23,219 nucleotides of DNA, taken from Thermoproteota archaeon. Its GTDB lineage: Archaea; Korarchaeota; Korarchaeia; Korarchaeales; Korarchaeaceae. Every line of letters begins with the position of its first letter. Position 1 is the stretch's first letter. Shown here piece after piece: positions 1 to 8,506 of the stretch. Location of the stretch: positions 1 to 23,219 of the forward strand of contig WALU01000044.1 of assembly GCA_015522685.1 (NCBI GenBank), given 5' to 3'. A program made the translations under genes and the position numbers. The notes under the pieces are model-generated. The model did no database searches. It worked only from the letters and a program-made list of their open reading frames with translations, and was not told the DNA's origin.

Positions 1-232
1 CAAATTCATCGAAAGTTAGGAAGATTTAGGGGCTCCTAAAAGCAGTCCTTCAAGCTATAATTCCAGTTGGCAAGGGGTTAGAAATTAAAGAGAAGGAAAC
101 TAGAGGAAGCATAGATGAAAAAGTATTTATGAATAGATGGCATTCGCATATTAGCTTAGCTCATGTACTTATGAATGATACAGCTTATAAACTATATATT
201 CTTTTTCTCTTTCTCTTACTTTCCATTGCTTA

Positions 233-1429
233 CTACCTTTTCTCAATCATCCCATGGGGAAGTACTCTCCAAGCTGCTATTACCAATGGAACTAGAAGTA
301 TGGAAGCCATTTCGAAGGTTAATGGAGCATAAATACTATATATAAATCCTCCTATCGCTGACAAGGTTCCCGAGAGATTTCCTTCCAATAAACCGCTTAT
401 AGCATTAATCTTGCCTCTCACATCCTTCTCCGTTAGATCTGCTATAAGAGCTAGGGCTGCAGGTCTCGATACAAAAGCAACTGCTATCAGCATTGCTGTG
501 AGGACATATAAGGGATTGTTCCTTGGAGCTAAAGCCAGCATTCCGAGCCCTAGAGAACCTGAAGCATATCCTAGAGCCATAACAATGTTTCTACCCACTT
601 TATCAGTCAGAAAACCTGATAAGAGAGTAGTAAATGTGGACTCAATAGACATAAATGTAGCTACTACTCCCCAAAACTCTTTTGAAATTCCTAGCCATTT
701 AACAACATATATCTGGGCAAATGGGAAGGACATCTGGTAGAGAGATCTAGTTGAGGATGTTACCAGTGCAAGTTTCCCGAGATTTCCTCTTAATAACCTT
801 AGAGAATCTATATAATCTTTAAGAGCTTGCTTCGTACCTACAGCTCTCTTACTCGCATAAGTCTCTACAAGCATTGATCTCAAAACTCCTGCGATTACTA
901 TAATAACGGCTGTCATGAGGTATAAGAGTCTCATTGCTCTAGCAAGTCCCATGAAGGATACCATCATAGTTGCCATTGGTGGACCAGCTAATGATACAAC
1001 TTGAGATGGAGTATTAGCAGCAGTTAATCCTCTTCCCCTCATCTTAGGAGGAAGGGTATCGGCGACTATGGCCTGAATCGCTGGCTGATACATGAGGGTG
1101 AGAGAAGTAATAATAGAGCCTAGCAGGATCCAAGTCCAGTTGGGAGCGATTGCATATAATAGGTAAGCAAGCCCGTAGATTATCGTCATCGGTACTATTA
1201 TCTTCTTTCTGCCTAGAGAATCTGCTAAGTAGCCCCCTATGAGGCGTGAGAAAGCCAAGACGATCATTCCGGCCATGGCTATTATCCCTACTTCTAAGGG
1301 GCCTCCACCAAGCTCAAGTATGTAGAGAGAAGAATAGACATTTGTAGCCGAAGAAAAGGGACCCATTAAGGCCCACGTAATGGCAAGTATCGTCATGTTA
1401 CGTTTTGCAGTTTTCTTGTTCACGATCAA
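233..1429 (-). CDS. Major facilitator superfamily transporter
   Basis: 398 aa with about 12 hydrophobic segments. MFS motif A occurs in both halves (GYLADSLGRKK, GFLTDKVGRN). The start is uncertain (TTG 1429 or GTG 1423). A TATA-like TTTATAAG lies on the minus strand at about 1447-1454. Confidence 0.92.
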   Translation of the reverse strand: MIVNKKTAKRNMTILAITWALMGPFSSATNVYSSLYILELGGGPLEVGIIAMAGMIVLAFSRLIGGYLADSLGRKKIIVPMTIIYGLAYLLYAIAPNWTWILLGSIITSLTLMYQPAIQAIVADTLPPKMRGRGLTAANTPSQVVSLAGPPMATMMVSFMGLARAMRLLYLMTAVIIVIAGVLRSMLVETYASKRAVGTKQALKDYIDSLRLLRGNLGKLALVTSSTRSLYQMSFPFAQIYVVKWLGISKEFWGVVATFMSIESTFTTLLSGFLTDKVGRNIVMALGYASGSLGLGMLALAPRNNPLYVLTAMLIAVAFVSRPAALALIADLTEKDVRGKINAISGLLEGNLSGTLSAIGGFIYSIYAPLTFEMASILLVPLVIAAWRVLPHGMIEKR

Positions 1430-1937
1430 GTTTCTAAGCTTTTAGGCTTATAAATCTAGGTTTTACATATGTCCTTGAGCTTACTAAATATAACTGCGTC
1501 GTTCATCATGCTTATTGTAGTAGCTCTGACCCATAAAATTTCAAAAATAGCTCCTAATCGTATTATCGATATTCTCGATTGATTGCGTTGAGATATCTCT
1601 AGACTAGGTTGATTGTAGAGTAAGCATCTACTAGCCTACTCGCAGAGAAAAACTTGAAGTGGACGTATAGAGATTTCTTAATGCTCTGAGAAGGGATTCT
1701 CGAATACAAACACGAATGATAATGGTGACTGAAAAATTAAGTTGAATGATCCTTAGCTTATCAGGCCTTGAACTGGAGAGACTGATGTGAGATGAAGTGG
1801 TTGAGGCTACCTACTGCCGATTGTCAATTTCTTTCTGACTGGATGTTGGGAGGTAAAGGTTAGTGATAAATAACTAGAATTTATTATCTGCTAAAGCTAG
1901 TTAAGGGAAAAGCTTGCATTCTGATGAATGAGCTGTA

Positions 1938-2630
1938 TTAAATTACATATACTGAATCTACCTTTCTCCTATCTAGCTGGACAATCTTTCCATTGACATT
2001 CAATACAATATACTTTTCTTTTTTCTCTATTACCTTTACTGTGGATCCTATTAAAATTCCTTGCTCAGCAAGCTTTAACCTCTCATCAGGATTTACCTTC
2101 ACTACAACAACCTTACCTACCTCTCCTGGCTCAACTTCATTGAGATTCTTCAGTGGGAGAATCGCAACATCTTTACCTACTCGCTTAGTGGGCCTCTTTT
2201 CCCATGTCAAATAATAGTGAAAACCCTCGAGCCACTTAGGAAGTCCACTAGGACAACCTTCCATGAACTCTATGAATTTCAATAATCTTCTATAAGTTTC
2301 CTCACTTAAGTGATGTTCCATGCCACATGCGTCCTTCTCTGCTATCTTTGGACTTACTCCAAGGTATCTGGTGAGGAATTTGAGGAGGAGGTTATGCTTA
2401 TTATGAACTTCTTTAGCTACCTTCTCGCCTTCTGGTGTTAGCTTAATCATCTCATGCTTTTCATATATTACTAGCCCTTGATTATCAAGAGATCTTAGCA
2501 TTTGAACGGCTGTAGGCATTTTTATACCTAAGATCTTTGATAATTGCACAAGCCTTACTCTCTTGCCACTGATAGATAGCTCGTAAATAACCCTGAGATA
2601 ATCTTGAACTCTAGAAGTTATGCCTTTCAT
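1938..2630 (-). CDS. dtxR: DtxR/IdeR-family metal-dependent transcriptional repressor with C-terminal FeoA/SH3-like domain
   Basis: N-terminal wHTH (QDYLRVIYEL...LTPEG), dimerisation/metal site EKDACGMEHH (Cys type, like DtxR EACRWEH), and a C-terminal FeoA-like domain (LAEQGILIGSTVKV). It is divergent from feoAB. Confidence 0.93.
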   Translation of the reverse strand: MKGITSRVQDYLRVIYELSISGKRVRLVQLSKILGIKMPTAVQMLRSLDNQGLVIYEKHEMIKLTPEGEKVAKEVHNKHNLLLKFLTRYLGVSPKIAEKDACGMEHHLSEETYRRLLKFIEFMEGCPSGLPKWLEGFHYYLTWEKRPTKRVGKDVAILPLKNLNEVEPGEVGKVVVVKVNPDERLKLAEQGILIGSTVKVIEKKEKYIVLNVNGKIVQLDRRKVDSVYVI

Positions 2631-2804
2631 CTCAAGTTAATAGTCAGTAACAATATAACAACCTTACCTAGAGCAAAGTGTTTTGAGGGGAATCTTGGAA
2701 TTGATTTTTATGTATGCATTAGGGAAGTATTTAAAGAACATCACCTTCTAACAAAAGGCCCTATCGTTAGGAGAGGGTTCTCTCCTTGTATACAATAAAT
2801 AATT

Positions 2805-2820
2805 AGTAAAGTTTATATTT
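2805..2820 (+). promoter_or_regulatory. BRE/TATA promoter of the feo operon
   Basis: Purine-rich AGTAAAG followed by TTTATATT (2812-2819), about 50 nt before the feoA ATG. An SD-like GAGGTGA lies at 2855-2861. Confidence 0.65.
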
Positions 2821-2821
2821 T

Positions 2822-2837
2822 ATTAGGTTAACCTAAT
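2822..2837. promoter_or_regulatory. Putative DtxR operator, perfect palindrome ATTAGGTTAACCTAAT
   Basis: Perfect 16-bp palindrome directly downstream of the TATA box. The half-sites TTAGGTT/AACCTAA match the ends of the bacterial DtxR/IdeR consensus TTAGGTTAGCCTAACCTAA. Confidence 0.75.
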
Positions 2838-2870
2838 CGACAATCTAATAATGTGAGGTGACTATCCTTA

Positions 2871-3107
2871 ATGAAGAGACTTAGTGAAATGAGGCCGAAA
2901 GAGGAGGGAGTTATAGCAGAGATTAGTAAAGAAATTCCTCTATCTCTAAAGAGAAGAATTCTTGATATGGGTCTTGTTAGGGGAACCTCAGTAAAAGTGG
3001 TCAGGAATGCTCCGTTAGGCGATCCAGTAGAGTTTGAGGCTCTAGGATACAATCTTTCCCTGAGAAAGAACGAAGCTAAGTTCTTGTTTGTGGAGGTGGA
3101 AGAGTGA
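2871..3107 (+). CDS. feoA: Ferrous iron transport protein A
   Basis: FeoA signature RRILDMGLVRGTSVKVVRNAPLGDPVEF...LSLRKNEA. Confidence 0.95.
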   Translation: MKRLSEMRPKEEGVIAEISKEIPLSLKRRILDMGLVRGTSVKVVRNAPLGDPVEFEALGYNLSLRKNEAKFLFVEVEE

Positions 3108-3328
3108 TGCCCCTAGCATTCCTACCGGAAGGTAGCTCAGCGACCATTGTTGGTATAAGAGGAGGTAGAAGACTTGTGAGGAGGCTAACAGGCCTAGGGC
3201 TAACTCCAGGTACCCAAGTAAGGGCACTTAGATCCGGTTATGGGCCAATTTTGATAGAGGTCAGAGGAACTAGACTTGCCTTAGGAAAGGGAGTAGCTAT
3301 GAAGGTGTTTGTGGAGGTGAGTGCATGA
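3104..3328 (+). CDS. feoA: Ferrous iron transport protein A (second copy)
   Basis: RRLTGLGLTPGTQV...GPILIEVRGTRLALGKGVAMKV. It overlaps both neighbours. The start is GTG 3104 or ATG 3107. Confidence 0.93.
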   Translation: MMPLAFLPEGSSATIVGIRGGRRLVRRLTGLGLTPGTQVRALRSGYGPILIEVRGTRLALGKGVAMKVFVEVSA

Positions 3329-5349
3329 GTCTTAAAGTTCTATCTGAGAAGTATATTAGAATTGCATTAGCAGGAAACCCTAATGTAGGCAAATCTGTGG
3401 TATTTAATAATCTAACAGGAGCTAGACAGCATGTTGGGAACTGGCCGGGAAAAACCGTCGATAAGAAAGAGGGGGTATACAAGAAAGGGAATATAACGGC
3501 ATATATAATTGATCTTCCAGGTACTTACAGCTTAACCGCTTTTTCAGAAGAGGAGATTGTTGCCAGAGATTATATCATATATGAGAAGCCAGACGTAATC
3601 GTAAACATAATAGATGCCCTAAACATCGAGAGAAACTTGTATCTCACATTTCAATTGCTGGAGATGGGAGCGAATGTCGTAATTGCTCTTAATAAGATGG
3701 ATCTAGCTGAAAAATCAGGAATTAAGATAGATACGAGGAGTCTTGAGAGGGAACTTGGAGTTCCTGTAGTTCCAACGGTCGCTCCAAGGAAAGAAGGGAT
3801 GGAAGAACTCGTGCATAAAGTCGTAGAGTCATCTTCTAAGAAGACATCAGCTAAATTAAGATATTCACCTGAGATAGAGAAATATATAGAAAGGCTGGAG
3901 GGAATCATACGCTCGAGTGCTGATATTAATAAGGTGTTTAACCCAAGATGGATTGCTATAAAGCTCCTAGAAGGAGATAACGATGTCCTTGACAAGATAA
4001 AGGGAATGAATGGAGGAAAAGAGATAGTATCTGAAGTCTCCAAGATTAAGGAAGATATGAAAAGTGAGCTCGGAGATCCTGAGGTGGCTATAGCAGACGC
4101 ACGCTATTCTCTGATTAGTAGCATACTAAAAAAAGTGGTCAGAGGGAAGGGTAAAATACCTGCATCTGATTTGCTGGATAAGGCTCTCCTAGATAAATAC
4201 TTAGGAATCCCGATATTCCTAACAGTCCTATGGGCGATTCTTCAATTTGCATTCATTGGTTCGGCTCCATTTTGTGACTTCTTAGGCGATCTATTTGCAT
4301 TTATTGGAAATTTCTTGACAGGGATTACAGGTATACCTTTTGTTGACTACTTGCTATTTGGAGATTATGGAATCATTCAGGGGCTTGGAGCGATCCTCAG
4401 CTTTGTTCCCCTTATAATGGCTTTATACTTCGCTCTTTCCTTACTTGAAGATAGTGGATACATGGCTAGAGCTGCCTTTATAATGGATAGGGCTATGAGG
4501 AAAGTTGGCCTCTCCGGTCGTACGATAATACCTATGATCATGGGTATTGGATGTAACGTTCCAGCAGTTTATGCTACTAGGATAATACCTGATAAGAACG
4601 ATAGAATGGTAGCAATCCTAACAAATCCGCTGATTATGTGTGGAGCTAGACTCGTCTTCTTCTCGGCTATAGCAGACGCATTCTTTGGAGCTTATGCTGG
4701 TGATGTTGTGCTATCTTTATACCTACTAGGAATAATTATGGTATTTGTTGTAGCTATAATACTCAGGAAGACCTTATTCAAAGGCAAAGCGTCACCCTTC
4801 GTGATAGAATTCCCTGTATACCAGAAGCCTTCTCTTAAGGTTGCAACTGTCAGGATGTGGGACAGGGGCTCCCTATTCTTCAAGAAGGCGGGCACAGTCA
4901 TACTTATTGGCCTCCTAGTGATAGGAGTATTAACGGTAACTGATGCGAGGACTTTATCCTTTACAGATAACCCTGAGAATGCTCTTATATCTGCCATAGG
5001 CAAGGCATTCCTCCCAATATTTGCTCCACTCGGCTGGGATTGGAGGCTCATAGTTGCAGCAATCTTTGGATTTATAGCGAAGGAGATAGTTCTTGGGGCA
5101 TCAGCGATGCTTTATGGAGTTGGTGAAGAGGAGATAGCCTCAAAAATGGCCTCTATGTACAGCCCCATCGGCATGTATGGCTACATGGTATTCATCCAAC
5201 TTTACATACCCTGTATTGTGACAATAGGAGCTATAAAACAGGAGACTGGATCTTGGAAGTGGACGATATTTGCAGTAGCCTATGGAATCATCCTGGCATA
5301 CATCATGAACTTCCTTGTCTTGGTTGTAGGACATGCTTTACTGAGGTGA
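3325..5349 (+). CDS. feoB: Ferrous iron transport protein B
   Basis: GTPase motifs GNPNVGKS, NWPGKTVD, DLPG and NKMD. The membrane domain carries LEDSGYMARAAF, GIGCNVPA and YIPCIVT. Confidence 0.98.
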   Translation: MSLKVLSEKYIRIALAGNPNVGKSVVFNNLTGARQHVGNWPGKTVDKKEGVYKKGNITAYIIDLPGTYSLTAFSEEEIVARDYIIYEKPDVIVNIIDALNIERNLYLTFQLLEMGANVVIALNKMDLAEKSGIKIDTRSLERELGVPVVPTVAPRKEGMEELVHKVVESSSKKTSAKLRYSPEIEKYIERLEGIIRSSADINKVFNPRWIAIKLLEGDNDVLDKIKGMNGGKEIVSEVSKIKEDMKSELGDPEVAIADARYSLISSILKKVVRGKGKIPASDLLDKALLDKYLGIPIFLTVLWAILQFAFIGSAPFCDFLGDLFAFIGNFLTGITGIPFVDYLLFGDYGIIQGLGAILSFVPLIMALYFALSLLEDSGYMARAAFIMDRAMRKVGLSGRTIIPMIMGIGCNVPAVYATRIIPDKNDRMVAILTNPLIMCGARLVFFSAIADAFFGAYAGDVVLSLYLLGIIMVFVVAIILRKTLFKGKASPFVIEFPVYQKPSLKVATVRMWDRGSLFFKKAGTVILIGLLVIGVLTVTDARTLSFTDNPENALISAIGKAFLPIFAPLGWDWRLIVAAIFGFIAKEIVLGASAMLYGVGEEEIASKMASMYSPIGMYGYMVFIQLYIPCIVTIGAIKQETGSWKWTIFAVAYGIILAYIMNFLVLVVGHALLR

Positions 5350-5354
5350 AGATT

Positions 5355-5855
5355 ATGGATAAAGTTGAGATATGGTCTGGACTTATATCTTTCTTATATA
5401 TTCTCTATGGAACCCTCCAGTTATACAATGGATTGTTAGAGTGGTGGTTCTCTTGGATTGGGTTGGGAGCTGTGCAGCTTGGAATTAAGCTAGCTGGAGC
5501 TTACATACCTAACTCATTCCCAGAACCCTTCTCAGGAATTTTTCTGATAGTTATAGGGGCAGTTTTCTTGAAAGCAATATATCTACGTTATAGAGGCTTG
5601 GATGAGTACAGAGGTTTCTTACTGGCTGGATGGGCTCTAGCGATGATAATGATGGCCGTGAATATTATAGTGATAATAGCTGACATCTTAGATATTTACT
5701 ATCCACTGCTTTGGGGCGGAGAAATAGGGGAGGGCTGGAAACTTGCAAGCGATGCTTGGGGATTGGCGCCTCATCTAGTAATTGGGTTACTTGCCTCACC
5801 ACTTTATTTCACAGTGAAGGATCTCATAAAAGAACTCATGCCTGGGAGGGAGTAG
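5355..5855 (+). CDS. Uncharacterised multi-pass membrane protein in the feo operon (166 aa)
   Basis: I moved the start to ATG 5355 (MDKVEIW), which has SD GAGGTGA at 5343-5349 and lies 5 nt after the feoB stop. About 4 hydrophobic segments. Confidence 0.8.
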   Translation: MDKVEIWSGLISFLYILYGTLQLYNGLLEWWFSWIGLGAVQLGIKLAGAYIPNSFPEPFSGIFLIVIGAVFLKAIYLRYRGLDEYRGFLLAGWALAMIMMAVNIIVIIADILDIYYPLLWGGEIGEGWKLASDAWGLAPHLVIGLLASPLYFTVKDLIKELMPGRE

Positions 5856-5999
5856 AAATGCCTTACGGCCCATCTTTCTTTTTATCTGATTTATCTATCT
5901 TAGAAAAGTCTTATGTCAAAAGTTCGGGCTCTGCCCAGGGTTTTATCCATGCATTAGAGGCTCCTACATATGAATTAGGGTCTAGGGAGGCGATATGAT

Positions 6000-6242
6000 A
6001 TGGTAGAGAATGTGAAATTAATTATCGATGTGAGAAATTTAACAGCTCCTGAACGTCTAAAGAAGGTATCAAGAGAGCTAGATAAAATTGCTTCAGGAGA
6101 GTTAGCACAAATAATTGCTGGAGATTCACGCTTACCTGAGATGGCTCCTAAGATAATTAAATCAATTGGCAAGGCTGAGTTAATTAGAACATGGCAAGGT
6201 GAAGATGGATTCTATTATGCCTTAGTAAGGAAAACAGAGTGA
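6000..6242 (+). CDS. TusA/SirA-like (DUF2249-like) small protein, no cysteine
   Basis: SD GGAGG upstream. The pattern IDVRNLTAPER...IASGELAQIIAGD...YYALVRK resembles the SirA/TusA fold, but the CPxP Cys is absent. Confidence 0.7.
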   Translation: MVENVKLIIDVRNLTAPERLKKVSRELDKIASGELAQIIAGDSRLPEMAPKIIKSIGKAELIRTWQGEDGFYYALVRKTE

Positions 6243-6255
6243 CAGAGGATTAGAA

Positions 6256-6411
6256 ATGACCTTATCTAGGAAAATAGGAGTTGCACTAGATAAGCTCCTC
6301 ACAAAAGCTTCAGCGCTAGAATGCGAATTCTGTCCGCTTAGAGAAACATGTCCAAAGTATAAAACTGTAAGGAAGGAGGAGAGAAAGCGGGATTTATCTA
6401 CTAATACTTAA
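6256..6411 (+). CDS. Small Cys-motif protein (51 aa), not in ORF track
   Basis: Hand translation: MTLSRKIGVALDKLLTKASALECEFCPLRETCPKYKTVRKEERKRDLSTNT*. It has an SD-like GAGGA upstream, starts 13 nt after the previous stop, and is followed by a T-rich tract. Confidence 0.65.
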   Translation: MTLSRKIGVALDKLLTKASALECEFCPLRETCPKYKTVRKEERKRDLSTNT

Positions 6412-6421
6412 ATCACTAAAA

Positions 6422-6443
6422 TATTTCTTTTAATTTTTATTTC
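6422..6443 (+). terminator. Possible oligo-T archaeal terminator of the feo operon
   Basis: TATTTCTTTTAATTTTTATTTC directly after the last operon ORF. Confidence 0.4.
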
Positions 6444-6552
6444 AGATTATAAAGCAACTCAGCATAATTAAATCCGAATAGAAACTATTCTAAGTCTTAC
6501 TTTTATATTGTTAGAGAAGTGGGCTACGTGGATACCACCAGAGAACTCAGAC

Positions 6553-7141
6553 TTATATTCGTGAGAAGACAGCAAGGAATTGAGGGTAGAGCCCTGGAGG
6601 ATTGTCAAGCATGTAGAAGTTGATAGATATAGCCGCCGTGAAACCAAGTAGGGCCAGCCATCCTCCCAACCTAGTTATTTTGCTCAAAGACATGAGGGAG
6701 GTCATAAGACCATCTTAGGTATATCAGGAGGGTAATTACTTCCCACATGCCCATGAGGATGTGCCAATGTCCTACGTTATAAGCAAGCTCAGCCCAATTC
6801 CAAGTCAGATCTCTGAATGGAGGATTTAAGAATAAGGGCTTTTTCAGGCTCATAGCTACTATAGTACCAGGAGCCGCTACAGTAACCCACATGATCAGGT
6901 TGCTTACCATTAGCCCCTACTTCAGATCTCCTCCTCCAGCCTTCAGGCTCAAAATAGTAGTCTCTAGGAGAAGTATTAGAGCCGCAGGCGTTATTACCGC
7001 ATGAGCTATTCTACCTAGGGGCCAAGCCGCATAGCTAGCCAACGCAGCTAGGATCTCCCCAATGGCTATTAAGTAGAGGGATACTTTAGTTCCTCTATTC
7101 TCCCTGAACTTGAGGAGACTTGCTCCTATCAGGAAAACTTG
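6553..7141 (-). pseudogene. C-terminal remnant of a His-rich polytopic membrane protein
   Basis: Reads VFLIGASLLKF...WPLGRIAHAVITPAALILL...DLK*GLMVSN...AYNVGHWHILMG. It has an in-frame TAG at 6917-6919 and a frameshift near 6690 (continuing SKITRLGGWLALLGFTAAISINFYMLDNPPG). There is no plausible start for the upstream part. Confidence 0.8.
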
Positions 7142-7300
7142 AGGATCTATTATGTAAAGTTTACACCGAATTTCCCTTTAGAAGATTTTAGACTGCTCCT
7201 TATCTTGCTCAGAGATAGCGTTATTCCTAACTATATGCAAGCAGAAGAAAGAAGATATTAATTGAACAAGATCATTCTTCTTAATTAATGTGCGAACCAG

Positions 7301-8506
7301 TCAGAGTCCCACAGCTGCCATTTCCATAGCTGCCTCTATCTGCCTGACTAAGGGTTTAGGTAAACCCTCTACCTTAACTTTCATGAATCCCTTAATGAGC
7401 ATGTCCACTGCTTCCTTCTCAGAGAAGCCCTTAGTCCTGAGGTAATATATCTGATCCTCATCGAGTCTTCCAACAGCTGCCTCATGGGATAATTGGACGT
7501 CATCCACCTTAGCATCTAAGGCAGGTAATGTGAGTATCCTAGATGATTTCGAGAGAAGGAGGCCATCACACTCTATATGCCCCTTTGATCCCGACGCCTC
7601 TGCCGATATAAGAGATCTCGTTATTACTTCAGCCTCATCTTTTGTAATGGATTTCGATACTATCTCAGCTGATGTGTTTCTAGCCTTCAGGTATGCAGTT
7701 CCCCCTATATCCATAAGGGAATTGCCTTTTGATACTACCACTGAAGAGAGGTACGTTTTAGCTCCCTCACCCATAAGATAAACCTTTGGGTCTGTTTGGA
7801 GGCTTGCTGTTGGCGTTAGGTTGATATAATAGCTAGCGTACTGCCCACCCTCCTCCACAATAACGCTCGTCCTAGGTCTAACATGAGTATGCTCGCTCCA
7901 CTCATGTATCATTGTGTAGGTGAGCTTCCCTCCTCTCTTAATGTAATACTCTGAAATACCGGCGTGAAGTCCGGGGGCTTCCATCATGGTAAGGCAGCCA
8001 GTTATTGTATGCAGCTCAGCTCCTTCTTCCACTATTATTATGTTGTGAGGAGCTTGTATGCTTCCTGGAGTTGACATGAGGAAGCATGTGTAGATAGGCT
8101 TTTCTATCTTCGCTCCCTTCTCAGCTATTATTACATAGCCCTCATGATTTCCGAAGAGTTCGGCTGCAGCAGTATACTTATCCTCATCCACAGGGATTGC
8201 CCTCCAGAAGTAATCATCTACTATACCCTCCTCTATCGCCCCACTTAAGGTGAGAACCCTCACTCCTTCTATGTTGGTCTTAAGCTCAACAGGTTCTTCA
8301 TCCACTTGAATATATGTCCCTGATCCGCTCTTTCCCGTTGGATCTATTCCTACACTTGCCAATAAGTGAGAACTCTGCCCCAGAATATCCTGGGGAGATC
8401 GAGGTTTAGGCGGTGGTGGGAACCTAGAAATATCGAGATCTGGACCATATTTCGCTGGCTTATTCAGAGCTTCCTTTGCCTTCTCTCTTAACTCCTCTAG
8501 ATCCAT
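7301..8506 (-). CDS. sufB: SufB/SufD-family Fe-S cluster assembly protein (archaeal SmsB-like)
   Basis: Beta-helix SufBD features (HNIIIVEEGAELHTITGC, GHIECDGLLL, LSHEAAVG, YYLRTKG). It abuts sufC. Confidence 0.93.
   Translation of the reverse strand: MDLEELREKAKEALNKPAKYGPDLDISRFPPPPKPRSPQDILGQSSHLLASVGIDPTGKSGSGTYIQVDEEPVELKTNIEGVRVLTLSGAIEEGIVDDYFWRAIPVDEDKYTAAAELFGNHEGYVIIAEKGAKIEKPIYTCFLMSTPGSIQAPHNIIIVEEGAELHTITGCLTMMEAPGLHAGISEYYIKRGGKLTYTMIHEWSEHTHVRPRTSVIVEEGGQYASYYINLTPTASLQTDPKVYLMGEGAKTYLSSVVVSKGNSLMDIGGTAYLKARNTSAEIVSKSITKDEAEVITRSLISAEASGSKGHIECDGLLLSKSSRILTLPALDAKVDDVQLSHEAAVGRLDEDQIYYLRTKGFSEKEAVDMLIKGFMKVKVEGLPKPLVRQIEAAMEMAAVGL

Noticed and set aside
129-740. Plus-strand ORFs 129..332 and 411..740, and the other short antisense ORFs in the track
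   Set aside because: They are shadows of well-supported genes on the opposite strand or in another frame.
1500-1930. C/D-box sRNA candidates (TGATGA-like and CTGA words)
   Set aside because: I could not assemble a correctly spaced C-D'-C'-D arrangement.
5253-5354. Cys/His-rich N-terminal extension (HHELPCLGCRTC) of ORF 5253..5855
   Set aside because: It is an alternate-frame overlap with the feoB 3' end. ATG 5355 has a strong SD and is the better start.
5711-5998. 95-aa ORF spanning the gap in the feo operon
   Set aside because: Half of it overlaps the membrane gene out of frame and it has no recognisable motif. A short ORF from ATG 5858 cannot be excluded but is unsupported.
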